Shown: piece after piece, positions 24,412 to 37,664 of the stretch
How the letters are laid out: every line of letters starts with the position of its first letter
Numbering within the stretch: the stretch's first letter is position 1
Assembly (NCBI GenBank): GCA_951406725.2
Contig: OX597815.1
Location: 63,178,001-63,242,000 of the forward strand
DNA: 64,000 nt
From: Octopus vulgaris
Taxonomy: Eukaryota
Reading direction: 5' to 3'
The notes under the pieces: model-generated
Databases searched by the model: none
Seen by the model: the letters and a program-made list of their open reading frames with translations, nothing else
What the model was told of the DNA's origin: nothing
Translations under genes and position numbers: made by a program

Positions 24412-25589
24412 AAGGCAGCATGCTCCTTGTCTATCTCCTTAACTTCTTGGAGATTTTAGGTAAAATTATACTAATGTGTCCATCTGTTTTAATTTAATTA
24501 AATTGTATGTCTTTGGGCAGCTGAAGATTGCTCCGCATTTAAATTGATGTAATGATTGCATTGTTCAATTAAATGGATTTGCGTGAAACGATTGGACGGC
24601 ATTATCTCTGGAAATCCTTGTTGCTTATTTTGATTTTATACATATATATATATATATTCCAGCACGTTTTGACCATGAACTCAGACACTTCTTTCTCCTC
24701 TTTTTCTCTTCTCAACTATTCTATCCCTAGAAGAGCGTAGGCTTGAAAACTTCAAAATTTCTTGCATTTTTCCTGAGCATTAAATTAAATTGTTTTATTT
24801 TTAGGCAACACACACACAAACACACACACACCTGTACATACATACAAATATACATACTTACATATGTGTGTATGTATGTGTTTGCATGTATGTATATAAG
24901 CATGTATTTATGTGTGTATATTTCTCCTGTTAATTTTCTAATTCGAAATAATTTTATGAATAAATTAACTCTAACAACTATTCTTTTTCACAACAGATTG
25001 TACCTCTGATCTATTTAACCTCTCCAAGCAATTTTATTTTCCCTACCTACAAATATATAATCATGTATATTTACTCAGTGATTCATTCGTCTCTACATTA
25101 GCAAATAGAGTGAACGTCACAATTCGCTGATGACGTCATAATAAAACCGAAACACGCCCCGAGTTTCTCTCGTACTTAACGAAAAAAAAATGAAAAGATT
25201 ATTAGTCATAAGCGTGATAGGATTTTTTTTCTCTCTTTTGATATATTTTTATCTCGTTATTTTTTCCAATGCCCCATGCAGTAAATATGTTAGCACAAAC
25301 TTGTTAATCTCCACTAGCTGCTGCATTGAAGCCTCAAGGGAGACAACCAGTTGTATGTGCTTCCACTCCTTAGTCTCTCTCTCTCCCTTCTCCTCTCTCT
25401 CTCCCAATTTATCTCTCTGTCTCTACCTCTCTATCTCTCTCTTCTGCTTCTTCTCTTCGCCATACACACAATGGCCATATACTTTCTTTTTCTCCTCTTT
25501 TCTTTGTCTTTTCATTCTCTCTGTATCTCCCAGCATATGTATGAATGTATATGTATATCCATATCTGTATCTATATCTATCTCTCTATA

Positions 25590-25674
<85 letters not shown>

Positions 25675-25699
25675 ATACATGTATATATATATATGTACT

Positions 25700-25883
25700 T
25701 TATAGGAGTGTCTGTGTGTTGAGAAGCTTGATTCCTAACCATATGGTTCCGGGTTCAGTCTCTGAATGTCACTTTGGGCAAGTGTATTCTGCTATAGCCT
25801 CGGGCCAACCAAAGCCTTGTTAGTGGATTTGGTAGACGAAAAATGAAAGAAGCCCGTAGTATGTATGTATGTATGTATGTATG

Positions 25884-25973
<90 letters not shown>

Positions 25974-26162
25974 TGTATTTGTATGTCTTTGTTTGCCCCC
26001 CTCCAATCCTTACTAGACAACCGATGTTAGTGTTTTCACGTTCGCGTAATTTCACGTTCGGCAAAAGGCTTACAAAGCATAAGTCCTAGGGTCGATTTGT
26101 TCGACTGTAGGCAGTGCTACAGCATGGCCGCAGTCAAATTGACTGAAGTAAGTAAAAGAAAA
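25700..26162 (+). mobile_element. SINE family A, near full length, with internal microsatellite
   Basis: tRNA-like head with B-box-like ggttcagtc, internal (TATG)/(TA)n, tail cagcatggccgcagtcaaattgactgaa. Confidence 0.85.
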
Positions 26163-26174
26163 AAAAAATATATG

Positions 26175-26257
<83 letters not shown>

Positions 26258-26579
26258 ATGTGTACACACACACAGAGATATATATGTATATGTAAAAGCA
26301 AAAATGCTAGTTCTAAAATCTCTCTAAGTGATCAACGCAGTTGTATTGGCAAGTAATATTCGTAGCCATTTCAAAATGGCTGTCAATTCGAGCGAACTCT
26401 ACTGCCATTTTTTAACCCGAGATGACATCTCCTCTTGCTGGTTAACGATTCATCCCTGCTCGCAATTTTATCGGATGCTGTGCTGTGCATCGTTAACCAT
26501 CTAGAGAAGAAGTCCTTTTGGGATAAAAAAATCGCAGTAGAGTCCGTTCGAACGGACTGCCATATATATATATATATAT

Positions 26580-26767
26580 GTAGTTGAAATTTACAGAAAA
26601 TAAAAGACGAAACAAGTGTATAAACAACAAACATGTATATTAGTTTAGCGCTCGGGAAGGTGAGAAAGTCTTTTACGTTTCGAGCCTGCTCTCTTCAACA
26701 GAAAATAACACGAGTAGATAAAAAGAGAGTGAATAAAAAAAACTTTTGGAGCTAGCGGTCAATCATG
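26580..26767 (-). mobile_element. solo Neptune-type PLE terminus (pLTR fragment)
   Basis: Homologous to 63385-63575 and 44350-44610; contains a hammerhead-like motif at 26670-26705. Confidence 0.7.
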
Positions 26768-27048
26768 ACAGTAAGTTGTAGTTATAGTACTCGGAGTTTC
26801 GAATGTCGGATCGAAGAGCTACGATGCATTCTGGTTTGCTATTAATGGCAATAAACGCTATAAAAAAACCGTTAAAAGGGAAGTTACTCTAATATGTAGA
26901 AAAAGAGAAAAGAAAAATGTGAAAAATTACATGCAATAAACATTTCATGCAAGAAACATAAATCTCCTGCGTTCATAACGCTCCCTTCATTTATACAGAT
27001 ATGCATATGTTTGTATATGTGCAGGTCTAGCTGTGTAATAGGAGGATG

Positions 27049-27080
<32 letters not shown>

Positions 27081-27168
27081 CGTGTATGCATGCAACAACC
27101 TATATGTATATGAGGATGAAGTTGCGTAGACATATACATACAGACTTAAATATGTATATATATATATG

Positions 27169-27216
<48 letters not shown>

Positions 27217-27320
27217 CATGTACATATACATGTTTGTGCGAGTGTGTACGTAGTTAGACGTTATGAAAGCAGGAGGTTTATGTCTATGTATTGTGATGTA
27301 TATGGTTACGGGTATTTTTT

Positions 27321-27355
<35 letters not shown>

Positions 27356-27505
27356 CTATATGTTACGGGTACGTACGTATTAAAGTAACTTACCTTTTAT
27401 TCAACGGTTTTTCATAGCGTCAATTGCCATTGATAGATGACGAGAATGCATCGTAGCTCTTCGCTCCGACGTGCGAACTCCGGCACTATACTGACAACTT
27501 ACTGT
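26768..27505. mobile_element. putative MITE with about 120-bp diverged terminal inverted repeats
   Basis: 26768-26888 (acagtaagttgt...cgaagagctacgatgcattct...gttact) is the reverse complement of 27384-27505. Confidence 0.6.
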
Positions 27506-27577
27506 TTGTTCTAAATTATAACTTATATAAATAATTCTCTATTTATCTAATATCGAGGTCTCATGCTTTTGTTATCA

Positions 27578-27578
27578 C

Positions 27579-27670
<92 letters not shown>

Positions 27671-27692
27671 GTTATAGTTATAGTTATAGTTA

Positions 27693-27760
<68 letters not shown>

Positions 27761-27916
27761 GTTATTATTATTATTATACTTTTTTTTTATTTTTATTTAT
27801 TTACTACTTTTTTTTTTTTCTATAATTTTCTTTCTTCTTATTTTTTCAATTTTCTTATATATTATATATATCTTCTATTCTTATATTTCTATATTGTCTG
27901 ATCAATATACCTTCTT

Positions 27917-27947
<31 letters not shown>

Positions 27948-28114
27948 CTCTTTGTCTTCTTTTATTCCTCTCTTTTGTCTTCTTTTTTCTCTTTTTCTCT
28001 TTTTCTATCCTTCTTTCTTTTTTTTTTTTTTTCTTTTCTTTTCTTTTTTGTTTTTGTTTTTTTTTCTTCTTTTTTCTTTTCTTTTTTTCTTTTTCTTTTC
28101 TTTTTTTTCTCTCT

Positions 28115-28155
<41 letters not shown>

Positions 28156-28505
28156 CTTTTTTCTTTCTTTTTTCTTTCTTTATTTATTTCTCTTTATTTT
28201 CTTCTTTTTCTTTCTCTTTTCCTTTGTTTTTTTTTTTTTCTCTTCTTTTTCTTCCCCCTTCCCCTTTTTTTTCTTGTACTTTCTATTTCTTTTTTCTATT
28301 CCCATATCTAGTTATATTCCTTGTCTTTCTGTCTAAGCTGTTTTTCATTTTTTTTTTTCTTTCTATTCTTTCCCCTTTTTTTTTTTTTTCTTTTTTTTTT
28401 TCTCTCTCTCTCTTTTCTTTTTTTTTCTTTTCCTCTTATCCCCTTTCTCTCTTCATAATAAATTATATATATATATAATTTTTTGTTTTTTTTTTTTTTT
28501 GTGTT

Positions 28506-28548
<43 letters not shown>

Positions 28549-28709
28549 ATTCAACAGTTTTCATTATTAGTTATAGTTATTGTTATCTAATATGTTATTG
28601 TTGTCACTTATTATTATTATTATTATTATTATTAATATTATTATTATTATTATTGTTATTGTTATTGTTATAGTTATTGTTATTGTTATTATTATTATTA
28701 TTATTATTA

Positions 28710-28789
<80 letters not shown>

Positions 28790-28790
28790 G
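27578..28790. repeat. (TTA)n tracts flanking a T-rich low-complexity block
   Basis: Direct reading; the central block is probably garbled sequence (see findings). Confidence 0.85.
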
Positions 28791-31440
28791 CCTTTGCAAA
28801 GCTTCTAACGCTGGAGATGTACTACGGTGTCCAGCTGTTCACTACCAGTGAACTAAGGTAACACCTCTTATTTTTCGAGCACCTTCGGAGTACTCGAGCG
28901 GTTCCAAGCAGTGCTGTTTTCTGCAAGTGCTCCACCCTCATTGCAGCCCCTATTTATTCCATGTACTCATCAAGATTTTTATTCACTGTTCCCAGGGCTC
29001 CGACTATTATTGGTACTACTACCACTTTTTCATCGACAACCTTAACTTCCCAATCTAACCTGTCATATCTACTCAACTTTTCTTTCTTCCTTATCGCATA
29101 TCTTGTCAGCTGGGCATGCTATATCTATGTCTGATTTCCTATTCTCTACCTTATTGTCTCACTGAATCATACAATCCTACACACGATCTTTGCATTATCA
29201 TTTTCGATGATACCTTCGGGTTTGGCGTAACAATTTTTTGCCCTGTCAAGTCCATACTTGTTGCAAAGTGTCCAATGGACAAGCCTTGCTATATTGTCGT
29301 GGTAATCTCTTATATTCCTTCTGGGATAGTGGCATACATTGGCTGGTAATATGCCATACAGTTTCACCATTTTGCACTTATCACTTTCTGCTATGTTGTT
29401 TATTCTGTATTTGATGTAGTTTGTTCTTAATGCTTGCTCTTAGGCAGCACAGATTAAAGCCTCTGTTTCCAGTTTTAAATCACTTTTAGTCATCCACAGT
29501 CATCTTTTTTCTCTGTCTGTCTTAACTTCAACATCCCTATGAAATTACCCATGCATTCTTTTTTTACCCACCTTATTTTTTAGTTTCATTCGTTTTCAAT
29601 TGCATGTACAGTGCTTTATCTTTGCATTCTTTTATCCTACACATAAGACTGACCTTCTTACTTCTAATAATAGCGGTTCTGTGGCATTTTTTATACCATG
29701 CTATGTTGTTTTCTTCTGCTCTAATGCTGTGTTCGCATCCAATAAGTCCCCTTCCCCCATCTTTTTCTTGGTACATACAGTCTGTCTGTGTCACTTTTGG
29801 GTGGAATGTCCCATATCTAGTTAGCAACTTCCTTGTCTTTCTGTCTAAGCTGTTTAGTTCATTTTACTGTCCATGCGATTACACCTGTTCTATATCTAAG
29901 AGTGAAACCGCCCACTTGGGTGTTGATAGCTTCAACATTTCGTCCGTTTAATTTCGACTCAAGGATCAGTCTCAGTCTGCATTAAGTATTACCTTAAATT
30001 TTTTGTCATTTCCCAAGTACTTATAGCCACGTCTCTTCTATCTGCTTCATAACCTCCCCCGACAGTATCGTTAGCCTGTCCATGCAATTACCAACTTTGC
30101 CTCTCTTCAAGGCTAACACACCACACTTTCTCAGTACGAACTACTTTCTGATATCAGCACTGAAAGTATACACTGTATCTTGGGAACTGACTTGGGCTTT
30201 AACTTTACCATAAAGTTTGAGGTCATCCATGAATAACAAAAGGTTGACTTTTGTTAGCGGCTTTTGAATACATACCCATATTTTGCTTTCCTCAGAATCA
30301 GTGTTAGTGGTATCAAGCACAGTACAAAGATCAGTGGGGACAGACAGTCCCCTCAGAAGTTGCCCCTCCTGATTTCTACTGTCCCTAAACTTCTTCCGTA
30401 TGCTGTCAGGTCCGTCATCCAACTCGACATACTTTTCCCAAGCAATCGCTCAACATTCGATGCAATACCATATAGGTTCATACATTCCATAATCCAAGAA
30501 TGTGGGGATAATACCGTACACCTTACGATACTTGATCCGTGACGTGGCTAAGTTATTTCCCCCTCTTGCAGTCTCTAAGTACAGTTTTGTCTATCAGGTG
30601 TTAGTACCTCTGCACTTATGCTTGTAACTCTTCTGCTCGTGTGGCAGGACTCCATATTTTTCCAGATGTTCGTTCATTGACTCTGCGAGTATTCCAGTCA
30701 ATAATTTCCACATAAGTGGTAAATAGGATATCGGCCTGTAATTGTCTACCGTATTGCCTTTTTCGATGTTTTACAAGCACAGCACTGTCCTACCCAATGT
30801 CAACCACTCTGATGTTGAATTGCGCAGCTATTCGTGCATGACATTCACCAAATCTTTTGATCTAGTAGCCTTGAACTCCATCTGGTCTCGGGGCCTTCCA
30901 ACTGCTAATTTTTTGCTGATTTCCTTCACTTCTCCAACTGAAATGACTAGTTCTGCCTGTTTTGGACAGACTGCTCTTTGTTTCAGTTCTTGCAACCATT
31001 CAGCATCCTTCTTGTGCTCCTTGTCTTTGCTCCATATGTCACTCCAAAACCTTTGGCTTTCATTGTTATCTGGTATCAACTTTTTATCTGTACACTCTCC
31101 ATTTCTTTCTTTATAGATTCTCTTCTGATCTACTCTGAACAACCTATTCTGCTGGTAACCCTTCATTCTTTGGTCGTATCTTTCCATCTTTGCTTTCTTT
31201 GCAACGAGGTGCTGTTTCAGTTCCTCCATTTCCACTTTCAGGTCCTTTATTTCAATATTATACTTCCTTTTCAGCGCCCTGTATTTTTGTTCGCTTTTAA
31301 GCTCCCCTTTTCTTTTCAGTCTAACACAGAAATGTCCTTCGAAAGCATATCTAACCCTGCCTATATTCTTCCTTTCCACCTTGGATCTTTTCTTTTGTCA
31401 CTCCTATTATATTTCTTTTTCTTGACATCAACACCCATGT
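28790..31440 (-). mobile_element. R4/Dong-type LINE, 5'-truncated, heavily frameshifted
   Basis: YQQNRLFRVDQKRIY, FWSDIW, LLFMDDLKLY, GGRGLI and HDNIARLVHWTLC motifs; its 3' end abuts (TAA)n. Confidence 0.9.
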
Positions 31441-31732
31441 AGTCGAGCAAATCGACCCCGGGACTTATTCTATTGTCTATTTTGCCGAACTGTTAAGTTA
31501 CGGGGACGTAAACAAACCAGCATCGGTTGTCAAGCGATGTTGGGGGAACAAACACAGTCACCATCAATGGCTTCAGTTTCATTACCACCGTTATTCACAA
31601 TATTTTGTTCTTTCATTGTCACTCGTATAAAGTAGCGATTATCAGGTTGCGCAGTTACCAGTATTTTTATTGTGACATCATCACTAGATGTATCATTAAT
31701 CAGGACATGGGGGAGATTCAACCCGTTTCCTT

Positions 31733-31815
<83 letters not shown>

Positions 31816-32468
31816 GTTATTATTATTATCATTATCATTATTATTATTATTACATATACATATATGTTACTTTCTTTTTGTCGATTCAATCATCACACTG
31901 CGGCTGTGCTGATGCACTGCTTGGAAGAATTTTTGTCAGATGAATCGACTCCAGAAGGAATTCTTTCTAAAGCTTGGTACTTATTCTATCGGTCTGTTTC
32001 GCCGACCCGCTAATTTATTGGTACTTAAACACACCAATACCTGTTGTCAAGCGGTGGTGGGAGCAAGCATCTCTCTCTCTACACACACACACACTCACAC
32101 ACACACACGCACACACGCACACACACACACATACACACACACACGCAAGCATATATACACGCACGCACAAAGACATCTATATATAGAACAGTTTTTGTTA
32201 CTGAACATATGAGAATACAATTAAAAATACTTGCAAAAAACTTTACAATATACTGACTATAACTAGTATGTATAATTAGACTGCGGCCATGCTGGGGCAC
32301 CGCTTTGAAGAATTTTAGTCGAACAAATCGACCACAGTCCTTATTTTTATTTTAAGACTGGTACTTATTCTATCGGCTTCTTATGCCGAACTGTAATACG
32401 AGGACGTAAGCATACACATAAATGCACACACGCATAGAAATACGCGCACGCGCAAACACACATATAAA

Positions 32469-32507
<39 letters not shown>

Positions 32508-32681
32508 CATAAACAAATATATTAATATATAGTTATATCAGATATATAAAGATATCGATATCAAGACTTGTAAGTGCATTTCAAAATAACAGATAACGAA
32601 TTTATATGAATATACCATATATAGCAGCATAAAGAGAAAACGTGGAATTATAACGCAGAAACATAACAATGAACATAAGGC

Positions 32682-32727
<46 letters not shown>

Positions 32728-33184
32728 TATATTCTCTTATTCTTTTCTTCTTTTACACGTTTTAGTCATTAGCCTGCGGCTATGGTGGAGCACCACCTAA
32801 ATGGGTTTTAGTAGAAGAAATCGACTCCAGGACTCATTCTTTGTAAGTCTAGTACTTATTCTATCCATTCGCAAGGATTTCATCGGCCCGAAGTAATATT
32901 AGACATTTATCTAGGAGCCACGGAGTAGGATTGAACCCGGGACCATAGGTTGGGAACCAAGTGTCTTACCACAGACACAGCCATGCCTGTACCTATATAC
33001 TATTTTGCTCTTTTATTTGTTTCAGTCATTTGACTGTGGCTATGCTAGAGCAGTTAGAGAAAACACAACAACGCGAGGACGTGATTTGATAGTATTATTG
33101 GACGCTCAGGAAAGAAGGAAAGAAGGAGGGTTTAACGCTTCGAGCATTTCGTCAGAAACATAGGAAAAGGAAAGAAAAAAAAAG

Positions 33185-33223
<39 letters not shown>

Positions 33224-33384
33224 CGACGGGCTTCTTTCGGTTTCCGTCTACCAAATCCACTCACAAGACTTTGGTCAGCCCGAGGCTATAGTAGAAGACA
33301 CTTGCCCAAGGTGCCACGCAGTGGGACTGAACGTGAAACCATGTGGTTGGTAAGCAAGGTACTTACCACACAGCCGCTCCTGTG

Positions 33385-33385
<1 letters not shown>
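31441..33385 (-). mobile_element. cluster of SINE family A fragments
   Basis: Pieces at about 31441-31560, 31895-32060, 32275-32410, 32745-32995, 33005-33050, and a tRNA-like head at 33220-33385. Confidence 0.8.
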
Positions 33386-33463
<78 letters not shown>

Positions 33464-33874
33464 TCCAAATAAGGAAAAAATACTTTAACACATCTTTAAT
33501 GATTACTTGCAATTGTTTCTGTACCAACGCCAGGTTCCGCAAAATTGGAAGTGAAAATTTGCGTAAAAGTTTTCGGTTTTAGACGTTAGAGTGGCATCAA
33601 AGGTGCTCTCTTACCCTGTGCTATTGTAAGAATTCACTTCGAATATTGCTTAAACTGGCAAAGGGGTGGGGGTTGGGTCACCACAGAAATTGTAACTGGT
33701 TTACCGCACAAATGAATCACATTTAACTTGTTAAAACAACATTGTATATATATATATATATATATAATAATATATATAATGTGTGTGTATGTATATATAC
33801 ATACACATTATATATATATATATTATATAAACATGTATATATATATGAATATATGTGAAATATGTATTTGATGC

Positions 33875-34070
33875 TCATGCTGGGGCATTTGAAGTGTTTA
33901 GTCGAACAAATCGACCTAGACATCATTTTTATTTTAAACCTGGTGCTTATTTTCTCCATATCATATGCAGAACCGATAAGTTACGGGGGCGTAAACACAC
34001 CAACATCGGTTTCTAAATGATGGTGGAGGGAACAAACACAGACACAAATACACACACACACATATATATA
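33875..34070 (-). mobile_element. SINE family A, 3' half
   Basis: catgctggggc...gtcgaacaaatcgacc...gtaaacacaccaacatcgg. Confidence 0.8.
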
Positions 34071-34329
34071 TACATATATATATACACATACTATACATAT
34101 ACATATATATGTCGGTTATATATAGATATATCTATATATATATACACATATATGGTTAACAATATTACTTAGAGCATCTATGGCCCTTAATCTGACACTG
34201 AAGTAGATACACACACAATCATATATACGTCAATATGAAACACATAATAGAGAAGATATAACAGAAAACACAGGATTCAGTTTGTCAGTATAGGGTGTAA
34301 TATTGGTGCAGGGTTGAGGATTTTAAGGT

Positions 34330-34590
34330 AGAGAAGTGATATTTTTTACGCTTCAGTCAAAACGTTTCTCTTGTATGTAGGTATTTGGCCTATGTTTAAA
34401 AGATATCAAGCTTCAAGGTGAATCCGGTTCCCAAGGTTGATCCGGTCCTCACGGTCGATCCGGTGCTCAAGGTCGATCCGGTCTCTATGGTGCATAGGTT
34501 GCAGGTGCTGCTATTACGCTTATATTTTTGATTTGACCTCATAGTAAAGGTCAGCGAATAAATGCATTTGGAGGAGCAACACATCTGTTT
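34330..34590 (-). mobile_element. decayed Naiad-type PLE C-terminus containing an 18-bp tandem repeat
   Basis: KYKRNSSTCNLCTIE-(insert)-KLDIF resembles the PFDRGKKICNLCNSE motif of ORF 20814-22568. Confidence 0.45.
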
Positions 34591-34621
34591 ATGCGTGAAT
34601 TTGCGTGTGTATATATATATA

Positions 34622-34830
34622 CAGTTAATCCAAACACGAAAACACAAAGAGAAAACACAACAACGCGAGGACGTGGAACACGTATAGTATTATTGGATGC
34701 TCAGGAAAGAAGGAAAGAAGGAGGGTTTAACGTTTCGAGCGGAGCTCTTCGTCAGAAACATAGGAAAAGGAAAGATCCAAAGAAGGAAGACGGAGGAAAA
34801 AAATCGCCAACGGAACACACGCGGTCACAT
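34622..34830 (-). mobile_element. solo PLE terminus (pLTR-like) with minimal hammerhead
   Basis: Minus strand gttt CTGACGA agagc tcc gctc GAAAC GTT aaac at 34725-34759; related copies at about 3480-3575, 33057-33180 and 63780-63945. Confidence 0.7.
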
Positions 34831-34834
34831 ATAA

Positions 34835-35050
34835 AAAATAAACGGGCCCTTTTAAAGCCTAGCCAAGGCTCATGTACCCGGTTTCCCGGTTTCAATGGCG
34901 TATATGTGTTCCCCAGCTGGACGGGACGCCCGTCCATCGCACCGTTACTTATTTTTGCCAGCTGAGTGGACTGGAGCAACATGAAATCAAGTGTTTTGCC
35001 CAAGAACACAACGCGTCGCCCGGTAGGAATCGAAACCACAATCTTACGAT
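34835..35050 (-). mobile_element. tRNA-derived SINE with Meta- and V-domain-like segments
   Basis: Minus strand gtttcgattcc (B box), ttgggcaaaacact...ctccagtccactcagctg, gcgatggacgggcgtcccgtccag. Confidence 0.7.
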
Positions 35051-35158
35051 CTTCAATATTTCAATATTTCTAATTTCGGTGACCAGTGAATAGATTTCAC
35101 TGTAAATACATATATTTGCGAAGGCTTGACAGGCACCTCAGCTAGCAAGACTTGCTAC

Positions 35159-35204
35159 CCTAGGCTGATGACGAGCAAGACTCAGAAACATGCATGTCTC
35201 TAGG
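35159..35204 (+). ncRNA. canonical type I hammerhead ribozyme
   Basis: cctagg CTGATGA cgagcaagactca GAAAC atgcat GTC tctagg: all core nucleotides present, 6-bp stem I, predicted cleavage after C35198. Confidence 0.8.
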
Positions 35205-35375
35205 TGCTAGTCCCAGCTGGTGGGAGTGCTTATCTCCCCTTCGCAAATATAAGGACACAGGAAATGTGTCAAAGCTGACAGGAAGCGTCGATGCTTTCTA
35301 GGGCTAAATAGCGGTGGTGTAATTCCCTTTACGGGACTGTCACGTGATGTTGACAGTATACAACCACTCTCTCTC

Positions 35376-35410
<35 letters not shown>

Positions 35411-35659
35411 ATAAAACGGTAAGATAACAAAAGAAAGAAAGAGATCAATATTATGTAAATAGAGGAAATTTATCTATACAATATGTTACATTACTACCTT
35501 GACTACCGAGTAATGTAACATATTGTATAGATATATATATATATATATATAAATATATATATATGTGTGTGTGTATGTATATATACATACACACACATAT
35601 ATATATATATACACATGTATATATATATGTATACATATATATACATATATATATATGTG

Positions 35660-35880
35660 TGTTACTCTTTTATGTCATTTGAGTGTGGTCATGCTGGAGC
35701 ACCACCTTTCAGATGGAGAAATCGAACCCTAGACATCATTTTTGCAAACCTGGTGCTTATTTTCTCCATATCATATGCAGAACCGATAAGTTACGGGGCG
35801 TAAACACACCAACATCGGTTTCTAAATGATGGTGGAGGGAACAAACACAGACACAAATACACACACACACATATATACAT
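35660..35880 (-). mobile_element. SINE family A, 3' half
   Basis: gtcatttgagtgtggtcatgctggagcaccacc...; shares a near-identical segment with 33936-34068. Confidence 0.8.
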
Positions 35881-35939
35881 ATGTACATATACATATATAC
35901 ACACACATATATATGCATATATATACATATACATCTATG

Positions 35940-35973
<34 letters not shown>

Positions 35974-36049
35974 TATGTATGTATATATATATATACACAC
36001 ACGCACACACACATATATATATATATACTCACACATATGTACATGTATA

Positions 36050-36360
36050 TTTCGCTTAGTGATAGGGCCTACGGCTCATAATCGTAGGGCTGTGAGTTCA
36101 ATTCCCGCTGACACGTTGGCACCTTGAGCAAGATACTTTAATTCACATCGCTCCAGTCCACTTAGATGAGAAAAATGAGTAGTACCTCTATTTCAAAGGG
36201 CTAGTCTTGTCACACTGTGTCACATTGAATCTCCTTAAGAACTACGTTAACGGTACACGTGTGTGGCGTGCCAGACACTTGCACGTTATTTTCACGAGCA
36301 AGCTGTTCCGTTGATTGTATCAGCTGGGACCTTTGTCGTCGTAACCGACGGAGTGCTCCT
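36050..36360 (+). mobile_element. tRNA-derived SINE family B (Meta-domain-like)
   Basis: A/B-box-like ttagtgatagg and gagttcaattccc, then ccttgagcaagatacttt...ctccagtccac...aatgagtagtacc; second copy at 51215-51525. Confidence 0.75.
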
Positions 36361-36368
36361 ATATATAT

Positions 36369-36455
<87 letters not shown>

Positions 36456-36756
36456 CACACATACATACATACACAGATATATACATCTATATACTCATAT
36501 ATACATATATATATATAAATATGCATACATATATATATATACATAAATATACATATATACATATACATAGTACATATATACACACACACAAATATATATA
36601 TATATATACACACATAACTTTACATACATAAATATATACATATACATACATATGTATACATACATATACATACATATATATATACATATAATAACGTACA
36701 CACATATATATATACACATACATATATATATACTCATATATGCATTTATATATATA

Positions 36757-37623
36757 CTAGCAGTATCGCCCGGCGTTGCTCGGGTTTGTTTCGACGCGCT
36801 GGAATTGTAATTTTGAAAAGTAAAGATTTTGTGAACATTTTTCTGGTCGAAATACACCGAAAAGTGGCGACACAGCATTGAAAAAATCGTAAAAAATAGG
36901 GATTTTCATAGAAAAAAGCATCTTTTTGATGTAAATAATTTTTGGTGTTAACATGGTCCGATTTGAATTTTATGTTCTACGGAAGGAAGAGCAACCCTTC
37001 TTCTACCATACTCTCAATTTTGGTCAACTTGCGCCGCAGGGTCTCGGAGGAGATAGTGTTAGTTGAAGGTTACCATTGTAGGTGCCTGAGTAACAACCTC
37101 GCGGATTTACAGATAAATGAATTAATTACTATTTTACAGAATAAAATTAAATAATTCTTGAAAATTAATTAATATTAATATTTTTTGAACAAAGTAAATA
37201 ATTTTTAAAACTTAAATAATAATTCTTTTTACACAAACGCGAACGGGGAAAAGGGGGTAGCGAATTCGATTTACATACCTAAATTTTTTCTTTTTCATGA
37301 CGTTGTAGCAAAATAGTAGTGAATTATATAAATACCAGCAGTACATTTTTTTTTCTGGGGTATTTTTTTTCAACCTCGTCACATATTTGCCCCTTTCAAT
37401 TTAAACAAAGTCTTAATTAAGCAATTACAGCAGCTTAGCAATGGTTTCAATACAGGCGTGACATCTGTATCTCAATTGTTCAAAACCCTTCGAATTTTTT
37501 CGCACGTGATGATATCATAGTGAAAACTTCTGTTATTTCTGTCTTTCACTCTGTCTGTCTCTTTACACACACTAACAAAAGCACTTCACTTACACACCCC
37601 ACTTTCTGTGTCGCACAACCCAT

Positions 37624-37664
<41 letters not shown>

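Noticed and set aside
25131-25138. CRE site TGACGTCA
   Set aside because: A single 8-mer with no promoter context, overlapping a degenerate hammerhead-like motif.
34414-34490. CRISPR-like array
   Set aside because: Contiguous 18-bp units without unique spacers, in a eukaryotic context with no cas genes.
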